From assembly GCA_024137785.1 (NCBI GenBank), contig JAHRHZ010000266.1:46106456-46170455 (forward strand): a DNA stretch of 64,000 nt, written 5' to 3'. This stretch comes from Ginglymostoma cirratum. Taxonomy: Eukaryota. Numbering within the stretch: position 1 is the first letter of the stretch; every line of letters starts with the position of its first letter. A program made the position numbers and the translations under genes. Positions 26,297 through 39,255 of this stretch are shown here, one piece after another. The notes beneath the pieces were generated by a model. That model was not told where the DNA came from. It saw only the letters and a list, made by a program, of their open reading frames with translations, and searched no databases.

Positions 26297-26428
26297 TAAT
26301 AAATTTTGCAGTTTAATTTGAACTATGAAAGCTTTTTTTCTCTAAAAAGGTGTAAAATAGCCTAATAAATTTTGCAGTTTAATTTGAACCATGAAAGCTT
26401 TTTATTTCTATAAAAACGTGTAAAATGG
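26297..26428. repeat. Tandem duplication, 2 x about 66 bp
   Basis: 'taataaattttgcagtttaatttgaac.atgaaagcttttt' starts at both 26297 and 26363. Confidence 0.95.
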
Positions 26429-27239
26429 AGTCTTGCATCATCAGGAAATTCCAATTGCAAATGCCAAACAGCTGTATGTAATCAGACTTTAAAAGGAGTC
26501 TCAGCTGTCAGACAATATCGTGATTTGACAATGAAATCATCATAGTTGAATATCTGCAAAGCAATATCTGTTGTTTTTCCCAAACCAGGTATTCCACCTA
26601 ACACATAGCAGAAGCCTACTCCAAGTCACCATAGGTCAATTTCGCACATTTACATTGGTACCAGGGTAAGACTTTCCTAAAGCTGATTTTCATTTGCAAT
26701 GCCAAAATATAAATTATACAACTTGAATGACATAAAGCTATGGCTAAAGGAGGTTTAGTGGCAGTGTTTTACTAACTCAGTGGATTTGACTGCTTCTAAA
26801 CTTTCGAGTGTTGCATCACCTTTTCAAAACAGCACTCCTGCTTCTGCAATTCCAACCACCGTATACAATAATCTAGAAACAGGATGTCACAGTGTTTTGC
26901 AAAAATTTGTTCGAGTATATTTACAGAAACATTTAAAAAGATGCTGCATGCCACCAATGTATTTGGGTAGCTTTGAATTACCAATGCAAAGCTCCTCAGT
27001 ACAGATCCAAATCATTCAGAGGCATTGCTGATTTCTAGCAAACACCCTGAGGCCCAAATCGCTCGTCATTTTTGCAGGCACATGTCCACAAAATCCAACC
27101 ACCTACAGGTGTAAGTTAAAAATTATCATCAGATATTCTCATTGAATATTCATTTTAATATAATGTCATCATCAAAACAACCATACTTGGCTTCCGTAAC
27201 ATTGCCCAACTTCATTTACATTTTCAAAGCTGCTAAGGG

Positions 27240-28712
27240 CATTGGTTCCTCAAAAGAGTGATGACAGAGTCAAGCTCCGGTCCCACAAGCTGCCTGGCTG
27301 TTCAGGAATGGGGGAGGAAGGAATCAGGAGAAAAGCTGTTGGGTTTTCATTAGTTTGGGGAACAGTCACAGATGGGCCTTGATGGGGTTGCCTCCCTGGT
27401 TCCAGGGTTAGAAACGTCACTGAGCGGCATCCCTAAATCTGCGGAACTCCTTGCCACAGAGGGTTGTGCAGGACAAATCATTGAGTATACTTAAGATAGA
27501 GATAGATAAGTTCTTGATTAGTAAAGGGATCAAAGGTTGTGGGGAGAAGGCAAGACAGAAGGGCTGAGAAATATATCAGCCATGACTGAATGGTGGAGCT
27601 GACCCAATGGACTGAGTGGCATAATTATGCTCCTATACCTCATGGTCTTACGGCTGTAAGGCGTCCTGATGGGGAAGGGTGACAAGACAGAGGTCATCAT
27701 ACACATTGGTATCAACTGTATACATAGACTAAAGTCTTGCATCAAGAATTTAGGGAGCTAGGCAGTAGACTGAAGAGCAGTACCTCAAACTCTGGATCAC
27801 TCCTGGAGCCACGTCTTATCAAATGTAGAAATAGGAGGATAAGGCAGATGAATGTGCGGCTCAAGAGTTGGTGCAAGACGGAGCGATTTAGGTTCTTGGA
27901 TCATTGGGACTATTTCTAGGGAAAGTAGGACAGTCTGCACCTGAACTAGAAAGGGACCAATGTCCTTGTGGATGGGTGTGTGAATGCTGTTGGGAGGAAC
28001 TTAAACTAGTTCAGAAGAGTGTTAGTGCAAAGAGACACAGCATATTTGAGAAAAGGAACCAACGCAGAGAGAGTTTAGCCATGTTGAGCTACAGGACAGT
28101 AAGGCAAAGTTGGATGGGCTCTATTTTCATGTTAGGAGTATTGTAGCTAAAACAGATCAGTTAAGAAGTTGGATTGATACGTGGAATTGCATTATTGCTG
28201 CCATCACAGAGACCTGTTTAAGGAACAGTAGGACTGGCAACTCAGCATTCCGGAGTACAGGATTTTCAGGCAGGGCTGGGGAGGGTGTATAAGAGGAGAT
28301 GGTGTTGTAGTATTAATTAAGGAGTCAGGTGAGAAAATATCACTGAAGGATCTTCAAGGAGGTTTTGGAAGTATATCGCAGGAACAAAAAAAAGGTAGTC
28401 ACATAGATGGGAAAATATTATAGACCCCAGGACTATCAGTGGAATATAGAGGACCAGATGTGCTGACAATTCACTGAGGTGTGTAAAAACAAAACAGATT
28501 AACTATATTAGGTGATTTCTACTTACCCAATATCAGTTGTGGTAGTCATAGTGTAAAGGGTTTAAGGAGTGGATATTTCTTGAAACATATTCAGAAGAGC
28601 TTTTAATATTCACATGCCGAAGGTCCAACAAGGGATGCTAAGAGCTGGGTTTAATTCTGGGAATTAAAGTTGGACATGTGTTTGAGGTGGCAGGGGGAGA
28701 GCATTTTAGTGA
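27240..28712 (+). mobile_element. CR1/HER1-type LINE 5' part: ORF1 esterase and ORF2 APE remnants
   Basis: Peptides EFRELGSRLKS..RNRRIRQMNVRLKSWCKTERFRFLDHWDYF (ORF1) and LYFHVRSIVAKTDQLRSWIDTWN..AITET (APE); 'ggtgatttctacttacccaatatc' corresponds to GDFNxPxI. Confidence 0.8.
27430..27655 (+). mobile_element. CR1 3' end nested in ORF1 of the CR1 relic
   Basis: 'aatctgcggaactccttgccacagagg...gagatagataagttcttgattagtaaagggatcaaagg...tcttacgg' is a typical CR1 terminus interrupting ORF1-like sequence. Confidence 0.75.
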
Positions 28713-29948
28713 TTTTTTTTAATTCAGTCATGGGATGTGGGCATCACTGACTGGCCAGCATTTATTGCCCATTCCTAGTTGCTGTTGAAAAAGTGGTGGT
28801 GAGATGCCTTCTTGAACCGCTGCAGTCCACCTGCTGAGGGATGGCCAACAATGGCAGTAGGGAGACAATTCCAGGATTTTGACCCAGTGACAATGTCCAA
28901 GTCAGGATGGTGAGTGGCTTGGAGGCAAACTTGCAGATGATGGTTATCCCATGTGTCTGCTGCCCTTGTCCTTTTTGATGAAAGTGGTCATGAGTTTGGA
29001 AGGTGTTGTCTCAGGAGTTTTGGTGAATTTCTGCGGTGCATCTCGTAGATAGTTCTCACTACTATTACCGAATATCGGTGGTGGAGGGAGTGGATGTTTG
29101 TGGATGTGGTGCCAATCAAGCAGGCTGCTTTGGCCTGGATGATGTCAAGCTTCTTCAGTGATGTGGGAGCTGCAACCACCCAGGCAGGTGGGAAGTGTTC
29201 TATCACACTCCTCATTTGTGTCCTTTAAATGATGGACAGGTTTTAGGGAGTCAGGAAATAAGCTACTTGCCAAAGTACTCCTAGCCTCTGATCTGATCTT
29301 GTAGCCAATGTGTTTATGTGGTGAGTCCAGTTGAGTTCCTGGTCAATGGTAGTCCCAAGGATGTTAACAGTGGGAGATTCAGTGATTGTAACACAATTGA
29401 AAGTCAAAGGGCGGTGATTAGATTGTCTCTTATTGGTGATGGCCATTGCCTGGCATTTGTGTGGCATGAATGATACTTGTCACTTGTCAGCTTAAGCCTC
29501 GATATTGTCCAGCTCTTATTGCATTTGAACATGGACTGCTTCAGTATCTGAGAAGACGCAAGTTGAGCTGAACATCGTGCAATCGTTAGCGAACATGTCC
29601 ATTTCTGACCTTATGATGGAGGGAAGGTCACTGATGAAGCAGCTGCAAATGGTTGAATAGGACACCTCCCTGAGGAACTCCTGCAGAGTCCTGGAGCTGA
29701 GATGGCCAACCTCCAACAACCGCAACCATTTTCCTATGTGCCAAGTATGACTTCCACCAGCATGATACCCATTGATTCCAGTTTTGCTAGGGTTCCTTGA
29801 TGCCACACTTGGTTGAATGCAGACTTGACGTCAAGGGCTGTCACTCTCATCTCACGTCTGGAATTCAGCTCTTCTGTCCGTGTTTGAACCGAGACTTTAA
29901 CGAGGTCAGGAGCTAAGTGGCCCTGGTGAAACTCAAACTGGGCGTCAA
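28713..29948 (-). mobile_element. 5'-truncated CR1-group LINE (family B), RT remnant
   Basis: Minus-strand peptides DAQFEFHQGH, ALDVKSAFNQVWHQG, FISDLP..MFANDC, ILGTTIDQELNW, LKKLDIIQAKAACLIG; paralogous to 41868-43275. Confidence 0.92.
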
Positions 29949-30034
29949 TCAACACTAAGATTTAGAATAGTTTTTTATTGGTGCAGACCTGATGGGCCAA
30001 TTGGTCTCTTCTATATTATATGATGTTACAATTT

Positions 30035-30230
30035 ATCTATGTCTCTCCTCATCTAATGCTGAAACACCAATTCATGCTTTTGTTACCTTGAGTTCAACAA
30101 TTCAACACACTCCTGACTGGTCTCCAAATTCTAACCTCTATAAACTTGAATTATTCCAAAACTCTTCTATCCATGTCTTAACTTGCAGCAACTCCCCTTC
30201 CTGTATTATCCCTGTGTTAACTGACCTACA
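30035..30230 (+). mobile_element. L2-type LINE fragment
   Basis: Peptide LSSSNAETPIHAFVT..YKLELFQNSSIHVLT..IIPVLTDL, typical of L2 ORF2 C-termini. Confidence 0.7.
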
Positions 30231-33200
30231 AAAAAAAGGACTCAAAGCCTTTCCAGTCTATTCAGTTCAATTGAATTTTCCCATTAAAAAGCTCCAAAAT
30301 AATAGGTGAACTTAAGATTATTTTCATTCCATTTCAAAACAAAGTAATATTTTGACAACAGATGCAATTTTTTTTCAAAGTTAAGATCAATTATTTGATT
30401 TGCCAGACAGTGTCATCAATTTTAAACAGTCAAGAGACATCACAGATCATGGAGCTCAATTCCATTTTTAGATACTTTTGAGTAAACAGAACCCAGCTGA
30501 GATCCAGTGGTGAGTAGAGAATTTCATTATTATGAGCAATATTAGGAAAATGGGGAACAAAACTGGGATCAACAGACAAAAAACCACATAAATAAGGGCA
30601 ACAAAAGTCAATAGAATATTTAGAGTAGCAAGTCATTGGAGAGAGCAAAAAGCCATAAATCACTGGTCATCATCCACCATACTCAGCACAGAACCCATTT
30701 TGAAGCAGGTGCAATGTGCACCCTCTGGGAATAAATCTGCCTGTGGGGCCTTGTAGTTGGGCTGACATTATGTTGTGAGTGTTTGGTAACCAATTAGAGA
30801 TAATCATTCTAGTGTGAATAATGCTTATATACCTGTCTATGCACGTTGTGCGGATTTCCCTACTGCTTTGCTTTCTGTCATACATGGTTCATTACCTCTG
30901 AAGAAAAGGCACAAATTGTAAACTGAAGGAATATAAAAACCTCTGCAAAGATTTTTAATTTACTTACAAATGCTTCAGCTTGTTTAAAGATTGTCTGCTG
31001 AGATTTGCCTCAAACAACTCTGATGAGTTTGGCTTGAATCATGCAGTCCTTTTACAGAAGGAACGAAGAGCCTAATTGCAAGAAGACTTTACCCAATCAA
31101 AAAATCCTGCGCATAAGGTCAAGATTCTCACTCTCAACACTAGGTCAATAAACTATCTTGGGCTTTTATTTATATTGCAACTACTGTTACTGTTGCTGTG
31201 CTTCAATTGTTCTCCAATTGCTTTCTAAATCTTTTCAATATCACCTGTTTTTCTGTTTCAAGATGACACTACTTTCAAATCCGGATATACATTTGCAAAT
31301 TTGATTCTAACAGCTTCTCACAGTCGGCCTGGCCAGTTAATCCTATAATTGAGGTTCATTTTAAGTATGGGCTTACTTATTAGAATGTAAGCACACACTT
31401 GTTTGTCCCTCTTTAGTATTGACATGATGCCTTTCCTCATACATCAGTCTTTAATTACTGGGCTGTAAATTCCTGTGTCGTGCTGCTAAAAATGTTGTAG
31501 ACCAGCACAGCACAACTGAAAGTGCTCTCATTTTTATGGATTATTTCTCAAGAAGGTATTATTTTTGAACAGGCAAGAAAAAAAATCTCACACTCTACTT
31601 GTGACTTGGGGGAAACTTATGCTATTTGGGAACAAATGAAGGAAAATCAAAAACATAAAAAGTCATGGGATTGCTAAATAGACAAAAAATAGGTAAAGGG
31701 GCAAGAAATTTTAAGGATGCAGCATCCAATTTTCAGATAAATATTGACACAAACGGGTTAAGCCAAATAGCTGTTTCTGTCTTGTAACTTTTGTACATTA
31801 ATAAATTGTGCTCAATTTTATACGGCCAATTTTTAAAAATATTTCTCAGCCTGAACTGTGAAAATTAGAGCCATATCAATAAAACAGTGCATTATTACTG
31901 ACTATTAAAGAAACATCACAGAATAAACACGAGCGATAGACTTTTTGTTACTTCCTATATCATTTAACTTTAAGAGGACTACTATGTTTTGATGCTCCAG
32001 ATTTTGTAGATATAAAAAAAACAAGATTAGGAACCAACAAAAAACATAAATATGGCTGAAAAAAACAATGATGCTATTAAAGCTTTTCATTATGCACTAA
32101 TTAGGACAGGTGCAAGAATACTAAATTTCAAAGGGAATCATAATATATATTGTGTGAGAAAGGGAATGCTGTTTGGCTGGCCTGGCTTGGTTGAGGTGTT
32201 GGCATGGAACAAACAAATGCACATGAAGAGGATTTACTTACTTCCTGCAGAGTTTTTATTGCTCTTTTCCCGATGTCTCTTTGTTCTGCTGAAAGTAAAT
32301 ATAACCACCTAATGCCAAAATTATGCAAACACTGGTGTGTTTCAGACATGATTATCAGGAAGCTGTATACCTTTGCATAATGAACAAATCGCTCTACTGT
32401 AAGCACCTCTTACTGGCTAGTATGTAGAAGTCTAATAATGTTCATGCTGTTATTAGCATCAGATGATGGGCTTAGTTTTGTTTATACAGCTGCTGTGCCT
32501 ACCTCTCATGCTAAGCAACAGATGGATTATATGATATCAAAGATTCTTCCTGAGAAATTCAGAACCCTGTTTGGTTTGCATATTATCTACTGAATGCAGA
32601 ATCCCCACTTAAGACTGTTGTTAAGATGAACCCAGATTATACTTGGGCTCATTTCTAAGTCCCTAAGCCCAAATATCAGACACAGCTAAGATACATCAAC
32701 CAGATAGTGGATAATCTAAACTTAACCATAAGCTCTCAGTCAAACCTTTGAATGGGACACAAAGCACTCAGCACTTTAATAGTGAAAAACAGAAGCTAGC
32801 AAACTTCCTCACACCTTATATGAGGATATGTTTCTTCTGTTTTCCCTCCCTGAAATAATACCATCACATCTCTAAAATAGTGAACTGAATGAGCACAACA
32901 TTTCCAACCTTTCCTTCTAGCCAGTGCAAAAGACCCCAAGGGCAAGCTCTACAGGTAACTTTTTTGAGCTCATGTCTACCTTCATTCAAATTATTAGTTT
33001 ACACATTTTTTGCATTACCAACAGCTTTATAAAATCATCACGTCCGAAGACCTTTCTAGATTGTGAAAATCGATATTATAACATCTGTCACAAGTGCCAC
33101 TCCCTTCTACTGCTTGTTGAGTCAAGATCTATTCGAAATTAACATAATCGTAACAGAATTGCTTATTCAGAACTCAAACAGGAAATAACTCTTCAGTAAG

Positions 33201-33382
33201 ATAAGCCACTAGCAAAATGTATGCGGTTAAGTATTAAAGATAGTAAATGCCCTCAAGTGTTTCGACCTACAAGTTAGCTCATGAGCAGTTCCTCTAATCA
33301 GTTTTAGATTTGTTATTTGAAACATAATTGCTGTCTAGTGTCCTATATGAAAAATTGCAGATAAAATCTAACAAGTACTTTA

Positions 33383-33679
33383 GCCGGCATGGTGGGCACA
33401 GTGGTTAGCACTGCTGACTCAAAGCAACAGGGACCCAGGTTCGATTCCAGCCTCAGCAATGGTCTGTGTGGAGTTTGCACATTCTCCCCATGTCTGCGTG
33501 GGTTTCCTCCGGATGTTCCAGTTTCCTCCCATAGTCCAAAGATGCGTAGGTTATGTGGATTAGCCATGAGAAATGCAAAGTTAAAGTGTTGGGCAGTGTG
33601 TCTGGGTGGGATGCTCTTCAGAGGGTCAATGTGGACTCAATAGGCTGAATGGCCTGCTTCTGCACACCGTAATGATTCG
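33383..33679 (+). mobile_element. HE1-type V-SINE
   Basis: A/B boxes, V-domain and CR1-like tail as in the other copies. Confidence 0.9.
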
Positions 33680-34129
33680 AGTAAGACTTTTTTATTGCTG
33701 ATTCAGGATATTCATAACAGCTGTCTTTGCAATCAGTGTGTTACTTCTTTCAACAACTCATGGGCCCTAGAACCCAGGCCTTCTACATTGTGAGTACCAT
33801 GTTGAAGGCATCCCCGATGACTGGCTTCAATATTGATCAACTCTTTTAATGAGTCAATCAACACCAGCTACTTATTAGGCCAACTAAGACAAGCTAACAT
33901 TGGCATTCAAAAAAGGAGATAAAAGTCTGAGAAACTACAGATCAGTATTCTCACCAGCATCATTTGAAAATTTCTTGAATATACTGTTCACTCTCAATTC
34001 ATGAAGCATTTGAAGGTTCATAATATCCGAGTAAATAGCTTGGCTTTTGGCCAAAACAATCTACCAAAACACAGCTTTCCCAGACTGTCGATGACCAAGT
34101 TCCAAGCTGTGCAAGCGAGAAATCTACTC

Positions 34130-34515
34130 ACGTAACAGAACTAGATTTCTCAAAAGCCTTTGATAAAGTTCCTCATAAAATCTTCTGTCCAAACTTGATT
34201 ACCATGGAATCAGGAGACAACTGGATTTGAAACTTTCTTACAGCAGAAGACAGAGTGAGATCAGATAAAGAATCATCTACATGCTTTTGCAAAAGAGAGA
34301 TCATGTTTAATCAATCAATTGGAGCTCTTTGAAGAGGCGACAAATGCCGGAGGTAAAGGATAACTGGTGAATGCACTGTACTTAGATTTGCAGACTGTAT
34401 TTGAGTTAAGGTGCCATGTCAAATGTTGCATCACAGAAAAGTTTGTAGTGTAGGGAGCAACATATTGGCATGGATGGGATAGTAGCTAACTAATAGGCAG
34501 CTGACTGTAAGCACC
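34130..34515 (+). mobile_element. Two adjacent decayed CR1-group RT fragments
   Basis: 'ctagatttctcaaaagcctttgataaagttcctcat' (LDFSKAFDKVPH) and 'tcatgtttaatcaat...tacttagatttgcagact' (SCL.N..YLD). Confidence 0.65.
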
Positions 34516-36372
34516 TGCATATATTCATTAGACCTTTTGTAGCACTGATGCCAGCTCCCAAGGTCCAGGCTTTCCTGGTTTCATTCTCTTTAAAGGGCAG
34601 TTCTTCAGGGTCTCCTGCACCGTGCAGAACCTTGTATCTTGATTTCTTCCTACCTGCACCACTAATGCCTCCAATACTACATCTGTCCTCCAGATGCTCC
34701 TAGTTTTCTTTTTATTAAATTTTATATTGCAGTAATCTTTTAGATTCTTTAAGAAAGAAAACGCTTTCCTCTACAACAAAGCTGGATTTCCTGCTGTGTA
34801 CAGCGGTTATCCGCGGCATCCAGAGCAGAGGGAGAACTAGAAGTGCAACAGTTAGTATTACAATCATGAAAAAAAGTCAGGTGAGTTTACTTTGGGTGTT
34901 GCCCACCTCAATCTGAATAGACAAGGTGACAGTATGAATCATGGCTCCTGTGTTCAAACATCAGAGCAAAAACTTTCATGTCTTATTGAATGAATATAGC
35001 AGAGAAGCTGTTCCTTATAGCATCTCATAAACAGGACTGTACTCAGATTTGAGTTTAGCTATAGAACTATTTCAGTTTGATAGACAATAAAGTCAAGTTG
35101 AATTACCTCAAAGATCTTCAATATTAAATACATTCAGTCATCATATAAAACCAATAACATAGTGCAACAAAGCAAAGGAAAACACAAAGAATTCTGTCCT
35201 AACACCACATCAACAAGCATTTGTTAACAATACACAAGAGACCAATCAAAACAAGAATAATACTCCTCTTCTGCAAATCGTATTTGGAGTATACAAATAC
35301 TGTTTAAAAGTTAAGCAGTTAACCAGTATCCTTGCTAGTTGATATCATAACTTAAAATCTCTCCAGAAGACAACAAAATCAACAAACATTTAAGTCAGGA
35401 ATGAAACATAAATGAATAATTGTTTTTATGTAGAAGTTAACACATTATGCTTAGACGTAAATTTAATTCATATTTAGATATCATGTAGTTATGCTATGTA
35501 TTGAAACCCAATTCAATATTTTTCAGTAAGGTTGTACAGAAAACTTATTTAATGAAATTGTATGTGATTGTGAGAATGTTCAGTTACTGCAAATGACAAA
35601 ACAGACTCAAATCATCACAGTGGCATGCCCAAATATGAGCATTGCACATTGCTATACCTCTCAATATTACCATGTTCTGATCAACTCCGCACAGAACCAC
35701 AAATTGGGAGCTCACATTTTCAGAAAAGAAATTCGTGCTGCCATAGTACCTATGCTCATCTTTCTGACAGCCTATCTGTAATACCTCTGGGAATCTAAAC
35801 AGCAGCAAACATTGAGACCTGGAAGATAAAACTTATTAATACATCTGTCTTGATGACAACATTCCGTTCCCTCTCCAAAAAGAACCATGGAAGTGCTTTT
35901 ATGTTTGACAATGTTTGTTTAATAGAATTTATGTAGGGTTTCTGCCAAAGACCATCACCTTGTATAACTTGTTTCAACTTTTCTCTCTACTGCCAGGTGC
36001 ATTCTTTCTGACTTTACAGTGCAGCTGAATATTTTCACAATCAAACTTTCCTTTTTCGAGTACACTGTTTGTTACCAGAGTGATGGAGTAGTTGGTTGGT
36101 GGATTTGCTTTCATCCTGCGAATTAATGTTATGATATGTACACTTAGGCAATTTTTCAATTTCAGAGAAATCTCTAGAACCTTGTGAGCTTGGTTAAGTT
36201 CCGTTTACCTCATGCATCTCTACAACTTTGTTATTAACCTGCTCAGATCTGTGTTTACTGGTGCAGTCTGATATTCTCGTTTCTTCAGAACATGACAAGT
36301 ATGGGAAAAAGTGCAAAAACACTGAGATCTTAGTTCAGAGTTAAGGTGGAAAACAGGCTTGTCCCTATATGA

Positions 36373-36439
36373 GAGATAATAGGAACTGCAGATGCCGGGT
36401 GCTGCTTGGCCTGCTATGTTCATCCAGCTCTACACCTTG
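36373..36439. mobile_element. 67-bp inverted PLE pLTR mini-insertion with 14-bp target-site duplication
   Basis: Flanked by ttgtccctatatga at 36359-36372 and 36440-36453; first part is the reverse complement of 6661-6686, second part matches 6610-6650. Confidence 0.85.
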
Positions 36440-36589
36440 TTGTCCCTATATGAACTCAGGAGCACCAGGAGAAATAAATCTGCATTTTCAGACAAAAACA
36501 AAACTCGCATAAGCACACGATCTAAGTTTCACATCAAATAAATTAAGGAAAGGCGCTTATTAACAGAAAAGCAGACGAATTTTACACAG

Positions 36590-36755
36590 TCTATGGGTCA
36601 ATATTAATGTTTGCCAACAACAGTTCAATTGTGTTATCTTGTCATTATTTCAACGTGCTCTGTAAATTGTGCTGCCCACATATTGGTCACAGTGATTTCT
36701 CTGTTACACTTCAAAAGCACTTTGTCAGCTATACAGTGCTTTAGGGCATGATAGC
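36590..36755 (+). mobile_element. Degenerate Deu-domain SINE 3' fragment
   Basis: 'ttacacttcaaaagcactttgtcagctatacagtgctttaggg' resembles the reverse complement of 4430-4470. Confidence 0.45.
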
Positions 36756-36775
36756 TAATAATAATAATAATAATA
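36756..36775. repeat. (TAA)n microsatellite
   Basis: taataataataataataata. Confidence 0.9.
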
Positions 36776-39171
36776 CTGCTGAAAAATGGGATTAGAAAGG
36801 ATCAACGTTTGATGACTGGCATGGACATGTTGGGCTGAATGGCCTGTTTGTGTGCTGCAAAAAACTCTGCCTCTTTAGGTTTGGACACATAGTATAATAA
36901 ATATGGCTAATGTTAGAACGCCAAAGCACAGAGTATTGTGGTAATGACAGATAGAAAAATTGTGCAATAAATTCAAAGTTGTTGGCAAGCTTCAGTGGTA
37001 CTCAATATTTGTCAAATAATATTATGGCACTCAAAACCTTGTTATTGCAAAGTGCATTATAAACTAAGTCAGTGGGAAGACACATTTTAAGTGTCTCCAT
37101 GTTGGGAGGTAGGTTATGCTGACCGGCTGTTACAAGTTTAAAACACCTGTCAAATAAAGTAACTTCAACGGCCATCTGATATTGTGGTTGCCAAAGACGG
37201 CATGTAATTTCACCGTCAAGACACTGGGTGCCAGTACAGGAATGTCTGAGCCTGTAATCAAAGGTTATCTAGGTGCTTCAATCTGAAATACACTGCAAAA
37301 ATTAAAATGTAAAACTCTTCTTCAGAATTAACATCTCAATATGCCTTGAATCTCCATTGAAACACTACCTATCTATTAATTCCATGTGTTAGCTATCCAC
37401 TGAAAGTTCCAGTCACAGATACAGCACTATTCTTGCAGACTTATTTCTAATAAGTGGCACCGTGTACAACCGGCATGAAAGGTTACCACACAACAAGATT
37501 TTAGCTTCTTTAGCAACTGCTCCCCGAACCCTTCACCTCATTAATGTAATTATCCTTTGCTAAGCCAACTTTTCACTTCCTTTCTAGCTGCAGACTGTGT
37601 CAGCTTCAACTGTACCTCCTTTCCCATTTGTCATTAGTGTGGTGTTGCCTCCTGCAACATCAAACCTCAAGGCAGGAAAGAAACTAAGCCTTAAAATACA
37701 TATGTGGCAGAGAGTGGTGGAAAAGAAAGAGCCAAGGAGTGAGATACAGACATTCAAAGGACATCTTCTCCCTACTGTCCAACCACCCCTGTCCCAAATT
37801 AAGTGTATATTGACCACTAAGTACTTAATCCACAACACAACAGATCACTCCCACGTTCAATCCTCAAAATGAATATCCATCCCTTATTATTTCTCGCTTG
37901 CTACTTGCATCCTCCTTTGACACCATTATCAAAGGAACCTTCTGTTGGGCAGCTAGAATACTCAACGCTTACAAATAGTGTGAATTCCCATCCGTTAACA
38001 TACAAAGCATCCTAACTACAATTTTGGTGGACAACTGAACTGAACATATACCATGCACTCACTGCCCAATTTTATCAGGTGAATGAAGCAGAAACGGAAG
38101 CATACACATTGACGTAAGATTATTTTTATGGACCAAGAATGCATTCCAGCTGCCCTGGGGTTTAGATTGGAACTGCCAGGCTGCAGGCAGGCACTTCAGC
38201 TTACTAGGGGCAAAGGATCTCAGCCCTGAAAACAGACCTGGCTCCCACTGGCAGAATCAGGTGGTGAGTCCAACAACCAATTTCTTAACTGTCATTAACT
38301 GGATGGGCATTTACATATCGCATCACATTTTGGAGTAAGGAGAGACAAAAGGAGGTAATTTTAACTTCCTATGACAGTGTAAAATAGACGTCAGTGAATC
38401 AAGCACCTGTGCTACATCGCTCCTCATTTTTACTTCCATTAACATCACTATCACCAGTTTTGGGCTTTTAGACAAAGTAGGAATTATCCTTTAGAGTTTA
38501 ATTCAGCATGCATAAAATTGCTTTGTAACTACAAATTTTTAAATGAAAATGAGCTCAAAATCATAGCTGTATACCATATACTGGAATAAATTTACATGGA
38601 AGGAATTTCTCAATTGTTAGTACACTTGGCCACGTATGATTATGCAAGCTTCAGTCCTCTCTTGTTTATTCTGGCACATCTTCAGTCCAGTGCTTCGCAT
38701 GTACCAATGCCCTTGTGTTTGCGCATTTGTCTAATAAATGTTTCAAAGATATTGTAACTGTGTGCTCGAAAAGGGCATGGAACAGCTTGAACTGAAAGGG
38801 CCACCCAGATAGCAGGTGTTAATGTCATCTGCATTGTGCGTTCTCCTCCCACCATCTCCACTTCAAGTCTGCTCCAGTGATATAACCGTATTTTCCACAC
38901 TGTCAAAGGAGACAATGAATACACTTAGATCTTGGAGATGTCAGTTTAGGGTCTGACTAGTTCACAAATTAAAACAAGGAGCTAGCTTCAGCAGATTTCC
39001 AAAGACACAAAGAAAGCACAATATTCCAAAGAATCATCTAGGTCACATGCTAAAAACATAACAAAAGATCATTATTTCACAATCATAGATATTCTACTTT
39101 ACCACTTATAACAAATACAACACAGTTCATTTATATTGTGTTTCTAATTAGCCTATATTAAGGCACTTCTA

Positions 39172-39255
39172 GTCATATAGCCATACAGCATAGAAACAGA
39201 CCTTTCAGTCCAACCAGTCCACACTGACCATAATCCCAAACATAATCCCAATCCC
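39172..39255 (-). mobile_element. CR1/HER1 3' tail
   Basis: Reverse complement of 58935-58997. Confidence 0.75.

Noticed and set aside
30968-31071. Minus-strand exon-like segment ending in GTAAGTA
   Set aside because: All three frames contain stops.
33383-33455. tRNA gene-like A/B boxes (also at 53837, 50289, 61326)
   Set aside because: These are SINE heads followed by SINE bodies, not cloverleaf tRNAs.
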